From contig OY820579.1 in assembly GCA_963681965.1 (NCBI GenBank), positions 1,088,001 through 1,152,000 of the forward strand: 64,000 nucleotides of DNA, in the 5' to 3' direction. The DNA is from a bacterium. Its GTDB lineage: Bacteria; Electryoneota; JAOADG01. A program made the translations under genes and the position numbers. The notes beneath the pieces are model-generated. The model was given only the letters and a program-made list of their open reading frames with translations, did not search any database and was not told the DNA's origin. Shown one piece after another: positions 10,278 to 19,948 of this stretch (its first letter is position 1; every line of letters starts with the position of its first letter).

Positions 10278-12407
10278 ATGGATACCTTCCGCTACGATGA
10301 TGCAATCGTTCGGAAATTTGTAATTGCCACTGTGTTCTGGGGCATCGTGGGGATGCTGGTCGGATTGGTTGTCGCTACAGAATTGGCGTTCTGGCAAGTC
10401 AACGCCGGCATTGCGCAGATTACCTTCGGTCGGCTTCGCGCACTTCACACCAATGCAGTAATCTTTGCCTTTGCTGGAAATGCAATCTTTGCTGCAGTCT
10501 ATTATTCAGCACAGCGGTTGTTGAAGGCGCGCATGTTCAGCGACACCCTGTCGAAGTTGCACTTCTGGGGTTGGCAGCTCATTATCGTTGCTGCGGCATT
10601 GACACTTGTCTCGGGTTATTCTGTCGGTAAGGAGTATGCCGAGTTGGAATGGCCGATCGATTTGGCGATTGCCGTTGTCTGGGTAATCTTCATTATCAAT
10701 TTCTTCGGTACTATTTTCAAACGCCGCGAACCACATCTCTATATCTCGATGTGGTATTACATTGCCAGTATTCTCGCGATCGCGATCCTTCATATCGTCA
10801 ATTCCATTGAAATTCCTGTCAGTTTCCTGAAGAGCTATCCGGTATACGCCGGTGTTCAAGATGCGATGGTGCAGTGGTGGTACGGTCACAATGCCGTGGG
10901 TTTCTTGCTCACTACCCCCTTTCTGGGGATGATGTATTATTTTGTCCCGAAACAAGCGCAACGCCCAATTTTCAGCTATCGTCTGGGTATTGTCAGTTTC
11001 TGGGCACTGATCTTCATCTATATGTGGGCAGGCCCGCACCATTTGCTCTATACCGCCCTGCCGGAATGGTCGCAAACTCTCGGTATGATCTTCAGTTTGA
11101 TGTTGCTCCCCCCGTCATGGGGCTCGATGGTCAATGGGTTGTTGACGCTGCGTGGCGCTTGGGACAAACTCAAGACCGATCCAATTCTCAAATTTCTTGC
11201 AGTCAGTGTGACTTTCTACGGGATGTCGACGTTTGAAGGTCCGATGATGGCGATCAAGTCACTCAATTCGATCACCCACTATACAGATTATACTGTCGGA
11301 CACGTTCACAGCGGTGCCCTTGGCTGGGTTGGGTTTATGGTGTTTGCGGCACTTTATTTCATGATTCCCCGACTTTGGCGTCGACCGTTGCACAGCAAAC
11401 AGCTTGCCGAGACTCACTTCTGGTTCGGTACAATCGGTATCATCCTGTATTACATCCCGATCATCACTGCCGGTATCATTCAGAGTTTGATGTGGAAGGC
11501 GTTCGATGCCGAAGGGCTGTTGAAGTATCCGAATTGGATGGAAACTGTCAATGCGATCATGCCGTTGTATTATCTCCGTATTTTTGGCGGGACGGCTTAT
11601 CTGATCGGTGTCTTTTTGATGGGCTTTAACCTTTGGAAAACAGCTCGCGGCGTAACCAAAGTAGAGCTAGCCGATGAACTGGTTCAAGCACAACCCATGC
11701 CGCAACAAGTCGATATTAAGAAGGGATCGTTTTTCCATAATTTCATCGAGACGGCTCCGATCACTTTGACTTTAATTGCAGCCGTACTCGTCAGTATCGG
11801 TGGAATCGTTCAGATTACACCACTCTTAATTAATTCCAAACCTCAACCGGTCTTCCAAAGTATTGTAAAACCGTATACATCACTCGAGTTAACGGGACGG
11901 GATATTTACATTTCAGAAGGGTGCTACAATTGTCACAGTCAGATGGTCCGACCATTACGCGATGAATTGATCCGATATGGTGAATACTCGCGTCAGGAAG
12001 AATCCATTTACGATCACCCATTCCAATGGGGAAGCCGGCGAATTGGACCCGATCTAGCTCGTGTCGGAGGAAAATATCCGGATAATTGGCATTACTTACA
12101 TATGAAGGATCCGCGTGCCATCACACCCGGTTCGATCATGCCGCCTTATCCATGGTTGTTGAAAGAAAAATTTGATCTCTCCATGATCAACCGGAAAATG
12201 GCAGTGTTGCGAATCGAAGGGGTACCTTACTCCGAAAGCGATATCGAACAAGCGATCCCCACGGCAAAGATTCAATCCGGTGAAATTGCGGCGAAGCTTG
12301 CGAAAGATGGACACCAGAACACGCAAGACAAAAAGATCGTTGCTCTAATTGCATATTTGCAACGATTGGGAATGGATTTCCGGAATCTTCGGGTAGCTGA
12401 GAAATAA
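10278..12407 (+). CDS. ccoN: cbb3-type cytochrome c oxidase, fused subunits I/II (CcoN-CcoO)
   Basis: WWYGHNAVGF, WAGPHH, GHVHSG and CcoO heme motif CYNCH, WGSRRIGPDL. Confidence 0.96.
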   Translation: MDTFRYDDAIVRKFVIATVFWGIVGMLVGLVVATELAFWQVNAGIAQITFGRLRALHTNAVIFAFAGNAIFAAVYYSAQRLLKARMFSDTLSKLHFWGWQLIIVAAALTLVSGYSVGKEYAELEWPIDLAIAVVWVIFIINFFGTIFKRREPHLYISMWYYIASILAIAILHIVNSIEIPVSFLKSYPVYAGVQDAMVQWWYGHNAVGFLLTTPFLGMMYYFVPKQAQRPIFSYRLGIVSFWALIFIYMWAGPHHLLYTALPEWSQTLGMIFSLMLLPPSWGSMVNGLLTLRGAWDKLKTDPILKFLAVSVTFYGMSTFEGPMMAIKSLNSITHYTDYTVGHVHSGALGWVGFMVFAALYFMIPRLWRRPLHSKQLAETHFWFGTIGIILYYIPIITAGIIQSLMWKAFDAEGLLKYPNWMETVNAIMPLYYLRIFGGTAYLIGVFLMGFNLWKTARGVTKVELADELVQAQPMPQQVDIKKGSFFHNFIETAPITLTLIAAVLVSIGGIVQITPLLINSKPQPVFQSIVKPYTSLELTGRDIYISEGCYNCHSQMVRPLRDELIRYGEYSRQEESIYDHPFQWGSRRIGPDLARVGGKYPDNWHYLHMKDPRAITPGSIMPPYPWLLKEKFDLSMINRKMAVLRIEGVPYSESDIEQAIPTAKIQSGEIAAKLAKDGHQNTQDKKIVALIAYLQRLGMDFRNLRVAEK

Positions 12408-12462
12408 CGATTTGTTCCGAAAGTTTTTTAGTGATTGCTTCAACTAGAAATTGGGATAATCA

Positions 12463-12636
12463 GTGCTGCAACAGATAGCATCGAAAATCGATCCGATCTA
12501 TGGTATCATAAGCTTGATACTCTGTTTCATTGCCTTTGTGGTCGTGCTGATTCAATTGTTTTTGGTTCGCAAAGAACGATGGGATCAGCAGGCATTGTTA
12601 GCACTAGATGAAACCGAACGGCAGCAAACCGAGTAA
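12463..12636 (+). CDS. ccoQ: cbb3 oxidase small subunit CcoQ (57 aa, not in ORF track)
   Basis: GTG start; single TM YGIISLILCFIAFVVVLIQLF followed by ...ALLALDE; sits between ccoNO and ccoP. Confidence 0.75.
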   Translation: MLQQIASKIDPIYGIISLILCFIAFVVVLIQLFLVRKERWDQQALLALDETERQQTE

Positions 12637-12743
12637 AGCAAATTTGTGATTCGCACCGATCGACAGAGACGTCTAAGTCTGTTTGATCTTGACACTGTTA
12701 GACAATTCACTGAATATTAAACCATTCATATGAAAATTCGATT

Positions 12744-13448
12744 ATGAAAAACACCACAAACCCCAATGAACCGGAACAGCATTCGGAAGAACACCTTCCG
12801 GTTTTCGACGACGATGTGACCGAAGCGGATAACCCGATTCCACGCTGGTGGCTGGCTTTTTTCTTTACCATGATCGCAGTCGCGGTATTTTATTTCGGGT
12901 ACTATCAGATTTTTGCCGTCGGGTATTCGCTTGAGGATGAATTGCGCATTGATGTTCAGCAAGCGAAAATCGAGCAGGATATTCGCGATCGCGAACTGCA
13001 AGCCAAAATGGAATCGACGATGGCTCCGGAAGCGATCGGAAAGAAGTATTTCAAGACCTTCTGTGCGAGTTGTCATGGTGCCGAAGGTGAAGGCAATATC
13101 GGACCGAACTTCCATGATAACAGTTGGATTCATGAACCGACGCAAGCCTCGCTGATCAATGTTGTGACCAATGGTGTTGCAGCCAAGGGAATGCCGACTT
13201 GGGGTCCGATTCTCGGCGATAAGAAAATCAAGTCGTTGATTGCCTATGTGATGTCACTGCGTAATGAAACATTAACTGTTGCCGGAAAAGCTCCGGAAGG
13301 AAACGTGTATTCCAAAGAACAACTGGAAGCGTTAATGACCGGTAAAGCTGTCGAAATGGCGACCAATACTTCACCGAGCCGCGATAAACCGGCAGCAGAA
13401 AAAGCGAAATCAACATCGAAACCGAAAGGGAAGAAAGGGAAGAAGTAA
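12744..13448 (+). CDS. ccoP: cbb3 oxidase subunit III (mono-heme CcoP)
   Basis: EADNPIPRWW N-terminal motif, CASCH, GMPTWG. Confidence 0.9.
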   Translation: MKNTTNPNEPEQHSEEHLPVFDDDVTEADNPIPRWWLAFFFTMIAVAVFYFGYYQIFAVGYSLEDELRIDVQQAKIEQDIRDRELQAKMESTMAPEAIGKKYFKTFCASCHGAEGEGNIGPNFHDNSWIHEPTQASLINVVTNGVAAKGMPTWGPILGDKKIKSLIAYVMSLRNETLTVAGKAPEGNVYSKEQLEALMTGKAVEMATNTSPSRDKPAAEKAKSTSKPKGKKGKK

Positions 13449-13504
13449 CATATACCGATCGAACATAAACATATCGATCTGTCTCAAATGAAATTGTAAA
13501 TCGC

Positions 13505-14908
13505 ATGGCACAATACAACACGGACCAATCTGTTCACGGTTCCCTCATCTTAGGCGGGAAACGAAAACGGCAGTATCCCGATCGTGTTCCCGGGCGATGG
13601 ACCATCCGACGAGAGACCGTTGGTTATTTCTTAATGTTTCTGTTTTTGGTTTTACCTTGGATTAATATTGCTGGTAAACAAGCAATATTGTTTGATATCG
13701 CTGACCGAAAATTCACTATTCTCGGATCGACTTTCATACCGGAAGACTTCTTTCTACTTGCCTTATTTCTCTTGTTAAGTACTCTTGCCTTGTTTCTTTT
13801 CAGTGCACTATTTGGTCGGATCTGGTGTGGGTGGGCATGTCCGCAAACGGTCTTCATGGAGAGTGTTTACCGTCAGGTTGAGCGATTCATCGAGGGCAAT
13901 TCCCGCAAGATGTTGGTGCGCGATCAAGCCAAATCTGCCGGGACACCGCCGAAAGATTATTATCCCGTAAAGATAATAAAACACCTTGTGTTCATCGGAA
14001 TGTCCGGTTTTTTTGCACTCAACTTTATGACCTATTTTCTCGGTCGCAAACAAGGATTTCAATTACTATCAATCCCGACCGATACCCATCCTTACGGCTT
14101 TGTCGCATTTCTAATTCTAGCGGCGTTCATGTATTTCGTCGGTGCGTTTTTCCGCGAAATGGCGTGTACCTTCGTTTGTCCGTATGCGAGATTTCAATCG
14201 GTATTACTGGATCGACATAGTATCGTTGTCGGTTACGATAAAGTGCGCGGAGAACCCCGCGAAAAAATCACCCGGAACGTCGAACGTACGGCTGGTGATT
14301 GTATCGATTGCAACCGATGCGTTCAGGTATGTCCTACCGGAATCGATATCCGCAATGGTCTCCAACTCGAGTGCGTCAATTGCACTGCTTGTATCGATGC
14401 TTGCGACGAAGTAATGGTTCGTGTTGGTAAACCGAAAGGGTTAATTCGATACGATTCAACTGCTGCGTTGGAAGGGGAAAAGCGCCGAAAAATATTTCGA
14501 ACCAGAACGATTATTTATCTGGTGCTATTTACAGTTATTGTTGTCCTTTCCGGACTGCAATTGCACCGTCGGGGCGATGTACAAGCCAGTGTCCTCCGCG
14601 CTCCGGGAATGCCATATATCAAACAAGCGGACAATCGTGTTCGAAATGCCTTTATCGTGAAGTTGGAAAATCGGAGTAACACCCCGCAATCTATTTCAAT
14701 CCGACCGGATGGGCTTCCCGGTGCGGAGTGGATCATCGCAGGCGATCCATTTTCGCTCATACCCGAGAGTGAATTGCGCGTGAATGTATACGGCGTTGTA
14801 CTACAAACGAGTGTCAAACAGGAAGAAATACCGATTCAATTCCACATAATCCAGAATAATCGGGAGATCATGATTCTGAAGGCTAAGTTTCTCGGACCCG
14901 AAGAATAG
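13505..14908 (+). CDS. ccoG: cbb3 oxidase accessory protein CcoG/FixG
   Basis: WCGWACPQT, CPY, CIDCNRCVQVCP, CVNCTACIDAC clusters. Confidence 0.93.
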   Translation: MAQYNTDQSVHGSLILGGKRKRQYPDRVPGRWTIRRETVGYFLMFLFLVLPWINIAGKQAILFDIADRKFTILGSTFIPEDFFLLALFLLLSTLALFLFSALFGRIWCGWACPQTVFMESVYRQVERFIEGNSRKMLVRDQAKSAGTPPKDYYPVKIIKHLVFIGMSGFFALNFMTYFLGRKQGFQLLSIPTDTHPYGFVAFLILAAFMYFVGAFFREMACTFVCPYARFQSVLLDRHSIVVGYDKVRGEPREKITRNVERTAGDCIDCNRCVQVCPTGIDIRNGLQLECVNCTACIDACDEVMVRVGKPKGLIRYDSTAALEGEKRRKIFRTRTIIYLVLFTVIVVLSGLQLHRRGDVQASVLRAPGMPYIKQADNRVRNAFIVKLENRSNTPQSISIRPDGLPGAEWIIAGDPFSLIPESELRVNVYGVVLQTSVKQEEIPIQFHIIQNNREIMILKAKFLGPEE

Positions 14909-14912
14909 TATC

Positions 14913-15437
14913 ATGACCGAACCCACTCATCCTCCCAAGAAAATGCCGCTAGGTTTTAAAATCCTGATTGGAATTTTGATTGGGAATGTGTTATTGATGA
15001 TCGGTTTAGTTCTACTATCGGAACAAAACAAACCGGAATTGGTCGATGAAAATTATTACATAAACGGTAATCTTGATTCGGTAAAATTGACCGCTCGCGA
15101 GAATGCGAAAAGTGGTTGGAAACCAATTATTCAATGTAACGGAGTTGATTCCGGAGCGACTGAAATTCGGATCTGGTTGAACGTTTCCCCAGCCGATACG
15201 GCATCGATGCTCGGTGTCACGGGAACGATTGCTTTGTTCCGCCCATCGGGAAAACAGTGGGACCGAAGATCGATCTTACTTAAACCGGATCGACGATGGT
15301 TTTTTACGGCACACTTCGAACCTGAACTCGAACACGGTCGGTGGCTGGCTCAGTTGGATTTGCGATCAACTACCGGAAAACACTTCAAAGATCAGATCGC
15401 TTTTGAATACAAGCCCTCTGCTCTCGGTAATAAATAG
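14913..15437 (+). CDS. ccoH: FixH/CcoH family protein
   Basis: N-terminal TM, LVDENYY, LFRPS..WD and GRW motifs; follows ccoG. Confidence 0.75.
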   Translation: MTEPTHPPKKMPLGFKILIGILIGNVLLMIGLVLLSEQNKPELVDENYYINGNLDSVKLTARENAKSGWKPIIQCNGVDSGATEIRIWLNVSPADTASMLGVTGTIALFRPSGKQWDRRSILLKPDRRWFFTAHFEPELEHGRWLAQLDLRSTTGKHFKDQIAFEYKPSALGNK

Positions 15438-15478
15438 CAATTTTAATTCTAATGGATCGAGACCGTGGAAAAGTGACA

Positions 15479-15976
15479 ATGTCGAATATATCTCTTTCCT
15501 CTCAACCAGCTTCGATTACAATCTCACTTGCAACAACGCAGCACAATATTGCAATTGCACGAACACTATTTATCGAATATGCCCAGAGCCTCCATTTCAA
15601 TCTCTGTTTTCAAAACTTCGATTCCGAACTGGCACGGTTACCCGGTGAATATGCGCCACCATCGGGTCGACTCTATTTGGCGAGATTTCAACGTAAAGTT
15701 GCTGGGTGTGTTGCGTTGCATGCATTCGATCGGGATATCTGTGAAATGAAGCGATTGTATGTTCGACCGAATTTTCGTGGATTTCATTTAGGTCGCCTCC
15801 TCGCGGAGAAAATCCTACAAGACGCGAAAACCATCGGGTATCGCTCAATGAGGTTGGATACGATCGATACAATGGTGGAAGCGATCCGATTGTACGAACG
15901 GATGGGATTTCAACGGATTCACCCATATCGCCCCAATCCGATACCGGGTGCAGTGTTCATGGAAATCACGTTATAA
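15479..15976 (+). CDS. GNAT family N-acetyltransferase
   Basis: CEMKRLYVRPNFRGFHLG, AIRLYERMGF. Confidence 0.88.
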   Translation: MSNISLSSQPASITISLATTQHNIAIARTLFIEYAQSLHFNLCFQNFDSELARLPGEYAPPSGRLYLARFQRKVAGCVALHAFDRDICEMKRLYVRPNFRGFHLGRLLAEKILQDAKTIGYRSMRLDTIDTMVEAIRLYERMGFQRIHPYRPNPIPGAVFMEITL

Positions 15977-16239
15977 ACACAATTTGAATTATATATATTG
16001 AATGTAAAAATTTATTCTCGTGAAATGGTTTTGTTCAGAAGACAAGAATGAATAAATTAACTCCATTATTTTAGCGAACTCAGTTAATACACGAATGTGA
16101 ATGATTGAAAACCCGTTTCACAGCATCGATTTGACACTCAAACCTGAAACGGATCATCACTCGCATTTGAATCATACCTTTCGCACATCAGAGTATCGGT
16201 CGAATTCCGGATCTCGATCGAGTTCAATTTGGATTTCGC

Positions 16240-17637
16240 ATGAATGATGTTGAATATCAAGATCAAGCAATTACGGTTGCTGATTTAGTGAATACTTCCC
16301 CCGACGATTTCTCAGCGTCGAAATCAGCAGTGGAACCGGGATTTTACGGTGGAGCTGCGGTTTCGGAGATTTTAAAGCGCGTTCAACGCCATACCCTGAA
16401 GAACGGGATGACATTGCTGATGGTCGAGGATCATCAGGCACCTGTCGTGACCGTCCAATTCTGGGTGAAAACGGGAAGCCGGAACGAACGACCTGGAATT
16501 ACCGGAATAAGTCACCTGTTCGAACACATGATGTTCCGTGGATCGATTAAGTATGGGCCGGATGAACATGCGAATTTAGTCAAGCGTCACGGTGGTGTGC
16601 TCAACGCTTACACTTCCTTCGATCATACCGTCTACTACGAGACAATTTCCAGCGATCAGTTGGAGTTAGTATTGCATCTTGAGGCGGAACGGTTTGCCAA
16701 TCTCAGACTTAATCCTACCGTGTTGCGCGAAGAAAAGAAAGTCGTTGCCGAAGAACGTCGGATGCGTTACGACAACAGTGTCCAAGGTGCATCACAGGAA
16801 CAGTTGATTATCAATAGCTATCGCTCGACTCCATACAGTTGGATGGTGATCGGATGGATGCACGATATTCAAAACTACACTCTCGCCGATGTTCAGGAAT
16901 ATTACCGGTTGCACTATGCGCCTAATAATATTGTCGGAGTTATCGTCGGTGATTTCGAATCCTCGAAAGCACTCCGGTTGGTGCGAAAATATTGGGGCAA
17001 AATCCCTCCGCAACCCACACCTCCAGCCCCACCAATGATTGAGATCGAACAAAAGGGTGAACGTCGGATTGAGTTCAAGTATCCTTCCGAATTGCCGATG
17101 ATCTATGCCAGTTTCCGAATGCCGCCGTTCGATCATCCCGATATCGTTCCGCTGAATGTCGTTGCCCGCGTCTTGTCGCGCGGACAATCTAGCCGTTTTT
17201 ACCAACGATTGGTATATCAGGATCGCATGGCATTATTCGCCGAGGGGGATATTCTCTCGTTGATCGGACCTGGACTCTTTATTTTCTCACTCGGTATGAC
17301 CCCGGGATATGAGCTGGCACAAGGGGAACGAGCGATGTGGGAAGAAGTCGAGCGGGTTCGTGCGGAAGGAATATCCGAGGCTGAGTTGCAAAAAGCCAAG
17401 AATCAATTGGAAACTGAAATGGTCGGTGAATTGGTAACTTCACGCGGTATTGCTTCCGAATTGGGACGGTACGAAGCAGATGGCGGCGATTACCGTAAAG
17501 CAACGGCTTATTTGGACGGGATCAGACGCGTGACGAATAAGGACGTAATTCGAGTTGCTCAGAAATATCTAAACCCCGATCTTCGAACAGTCGTATTGGT
17601 AATTCCGACTAAAAACGGAACCGGAGGTGAACAATGA
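16240..17637 (+). CDS. M16 family zinc peptidase, catalytic subunit
   Basis: Inverted zinc motif HLFEH, NAYTS, downstream EE.R. Confidence 0.92.
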   Translation: MNDVEYQDQAITVADLVNTSPDDFSASKSAVEPGFYGGAAVSEILKRVQRHTLKNGMTLLMVEDHQAPVVTVQFWVKTGSRNERPGITGISHLFEHMMFRGSIKYGPDEHANLVKRHGGVLNAYTSFDHTVYYETISSDQLELVLHLEAERFANLRLNPTVLREEKKVVAEERRMRYDNSVQGASQEQLIINSYRSTPYSWMVIGWMHDIQNYTLADVQEYYRLHYAPNNIVGVIVGDFESSKALRLVRKYWGKIPPQPTPPAPPMIEIEQKGERRIEFKYPSELPMIYASFRMPPFDHPDIVPLNVVARVLSRGQSSRFYQRLVYQDRMALFAEGDILSLIGPGLFIFSLGMTPGYELAQGERAMWEEVERVRAEGISEAELQKAKNQLETEMVGELVTSRGIASELGRYEADGGDYRKATAYLDGIRRVTNKDVIRVAQKYLNPDLRTVVLVIPTKNGTGGEQ

Positions 17638-19115
17638 ACCGCTCCAAATCCAATGCTACTGCTGCCAAAAAGATCGCTAAACCGGTAGTGAAGAAAACGA
17701 AGAAAAGCACTATTGCAAGTAAACCATCTGGCGAATCGAAGGCTGATCACGTTCCCGCATTCAATCCAAAGAATGCGTTGAAAACGCTTCCTGTAAACGT
17801 ACCGGACTATTCGACTTACGATTTACCAAATGGAATGCGAATTTTGCTGTTGCCGCGTAAGCGCATCCCGTTGTTCGAAGCGATCTTGATGATTAAAAAT
17901 GGCGGTCAACACGATCCTTCAGGTGCGGCTGGCTGCTCCTATTTAACCGGAGAATTGCTGACAGCCGGAGTCGAATTTAATGGGCAAAAGCTCTCGAAAA
18001 TCGATATTGCCGAACGGATCGATTCAATTGGTGGAGCTCTGAGTGTTGGAGTTACGCATAGTCGCCTTCAAATTACCGCCTCGGGTTTATCGAAACACGC
18101 TCATACGTTGCTTGAACTCTTGACCGCGATTGTCCGCTATCCTCTGTTTCCCGAGGAAGAATTGGAACGTGAACGGCAGCAGATGCTGGCGTCGCTGGTA
18201 GCAAAACGGGATCAACCCAGTTGGGTCGCGAACGATGTTTTGATGAAGACGATTTACCCGGATCATCCTTTTGGGGAGCCGATCGACGGGACAATGGAAT
18301 CAATCACTGCGATCGATCGCGATCTGATCCTTCGCCAATGGGATGCTCTGGCAAAACCGAATGGGATAACACTTGCCATAGTTGGTGATTTCAGTGCCCG
18401 AGATATCCGGCATAAAATCGATCTGCTGTTTGCCGATTGGCAGGCGGGTTCTCTTCTTCCGCAAATCCCGGATTGCGATCGAATACCTGCTGGTAATCAA
18501 GTTGTAATCGTGGAAAAATCGGGTGCTGTACAAGCGAATATTCAATTGGGTCACTTTGGCGTTGCGCGAACGCATCCCGATTATTATCCATTATTAATTC
18601 TCGAACAAATTTTGTTTATCGGGATGTCGAGCCGGTTCTATCGAGTGATTAGAGCGGAACGGGGTTTGACTTATTCCATTGGTGGTGGTTTCCAAATGGG
18701 TAAGCAAGCCGGTCCGCTGGTAATTCACACGTCGACAATGAGTGAACGAACAGGGTATATGCTTGCCAGTATCTTTGAAGTGATTGAGAAGTTTCTGGAT
18801 CAAGGACCTACTGTTAAGGAATTGGCAGACGCAAAATCGTATTTGAACGGTAGCTATCCCCTTCGCTTCGAATCGAGCAGTTCGATTGCCGCAGTGCTGC
18901 TGGGTCTCGATCTGATGGAATTACCCGATTCGACGATTTCGGAATATCGACAACGGATTGCAGAAGTGTCTCGACAAGATGTCTTGCGAGTCGCTAAGGA
19001 ACATTTGCATCCATCGCAATTGCAAATGGTCGTTGTCGGTGAATCCAAAGCAATCGAACCGCAACTGAAGGAAATTCCTCGAAAGATTTCCGTGAAGATT
19101 GTCGAGAACGTTTAG
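17634..19115 (+). CDS. M16 family peptidase, non-catalytic partner subunit
   Basis: M16 fold motifs (SRFYRVIR.ERGLTY) but no HxxEH; ATGA overlap with upstream gene; Lys-rich N-terminus. Confidence 0.88.
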   Translation: MNRSKSNATAAKKIAKPVVKKTKKSTIASKPSGESKADHVPAFNPKNALKTLPVNVPDYSTYDLPNGMRILLLPRKRIPLFEAILMIKNGGQHDPSGAAGCSYLTGELLTAGVEFNGQKLSKIDIAERIDSIGGALSVGVTHSRLQITASGLSKHAHTLLELLTAIVRYPLFPEEELERERQQMLASLVAKRDQPSWVANDVLMKTIYPDHPFGEPIDGTMESITAIDRDLILRQWDALAKPNGITLAIVGDFSARDIRHKIDLLFADWQAGSLLPQIPDCDRIPAGNQVVIVEKSGAVQANIQLGHFGVARTHPDYYPLLILEQILFIGMSSRFYRVIRAERGLTYSIGGGFQMGKQAGPLVIHTSTMSERTGYMLASIFEVIEKFLDQGPTVKELADAKSYLNGSYPLRFESSSSIAAVLLGLDLMELPDSTISEYRQRIAEVSRQDVLRVAKEHLHPSQLQMVVVGESKAIEPQLKEIPRKISVKIVENV

Positions 19116-19162
19116 GCTGAATTTGTTTTCAATTCAGTAGTTAATCGGTAAGGAAGTATAGT

Positions 19163-19696
19163 ATGACGATGCAGGAACAAGTACTGGCAATTTGGCCGGA
19201 AATTGATTGGATCCAGAATCCCGAATTACGAAAGAAAACGTTGGACGCGTGGGTATATGCGATTGAAAACAGCGTTTTATCTCCGGAAGATCTTGAAAAA
19301 ATTCCGTTCTCGTTGTTGATAAAACAGTACGTTTCATTCATGAATCACAAGCGTACTTGCGTTCATCTTTCAGTCGATATGGCAAAACGGATGCTGGCGA
19401 ATTTCGGTGAAGCCATCAAAATCGATATGGATATCCTGATTTCTGGAGCGATCCTCATCGATGTCGGTAAACTGTTCGAGTACGATCTCGTCGATGGAAA
19501 ATTGACAACGAGCAATGCCGGAAAATTGCTTCGTCATCCTTTTAGTGGAGTCGCGATTGCCGGTCGGTTCGATTTACCCCCGGAAGTGCTACATATAATC
19601 GCCACGCACTCTAAAGAAGGCGATCTCGGGGCAAGATCAGTCGAATCGATTATTGTTCATCATGCCGATTTTGTTAGTTTTGAACCGTTTAAATAA
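19163..19696 (+). CDS. HD-superfamily (HDIG-like) metal-dependent phosphohydrolase
   Basis: H...LIDVGK...H...HS...HHAD pattern. Confidence 0.75.
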   Translation: MTMQEQVLAIWPEIDWIQNPELRKKTLDAWVYAIENSVLSPEDLEKIPFSLLIKQYVSFMNHKRTCVHLSVDMAKRMLANFGEAIKIDMDILISGAILIDVGKLFEYDLVDGKLTTSNAGKLLRHPFSGVAIAGRFDLPPEVLHIIATHSKEGDLGARSVESIIVHHADFVSFEPFK

Positions 19697-19948
19697 CGAA
19701 TTTCGAAGGTAGTTAGCGAAAATTAGGTTTGAATAACAATATAATAACCAGTTTTCAATGACTTCAGTAATGTTTATCGCATATTTTGACTTGCACTCGC
19801 TTGAGAAACACTCTACTTTTCAAAGTTGCGTAAACTTCACTTTGCACTTCCGATTGGTTTCGGTTCGTGCAAAAGTGGTCATTTTTTTATTTAGTTACTT
19901 GTATAGTAAGAATTAACCTACAATTGTTTTGTCAGAGGGCGTTTCGCT

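Noticed and set aside
10278-12407. CcoN-CcoO fusion
   Set aside because: Common in Bacteroidota and several other phyla.
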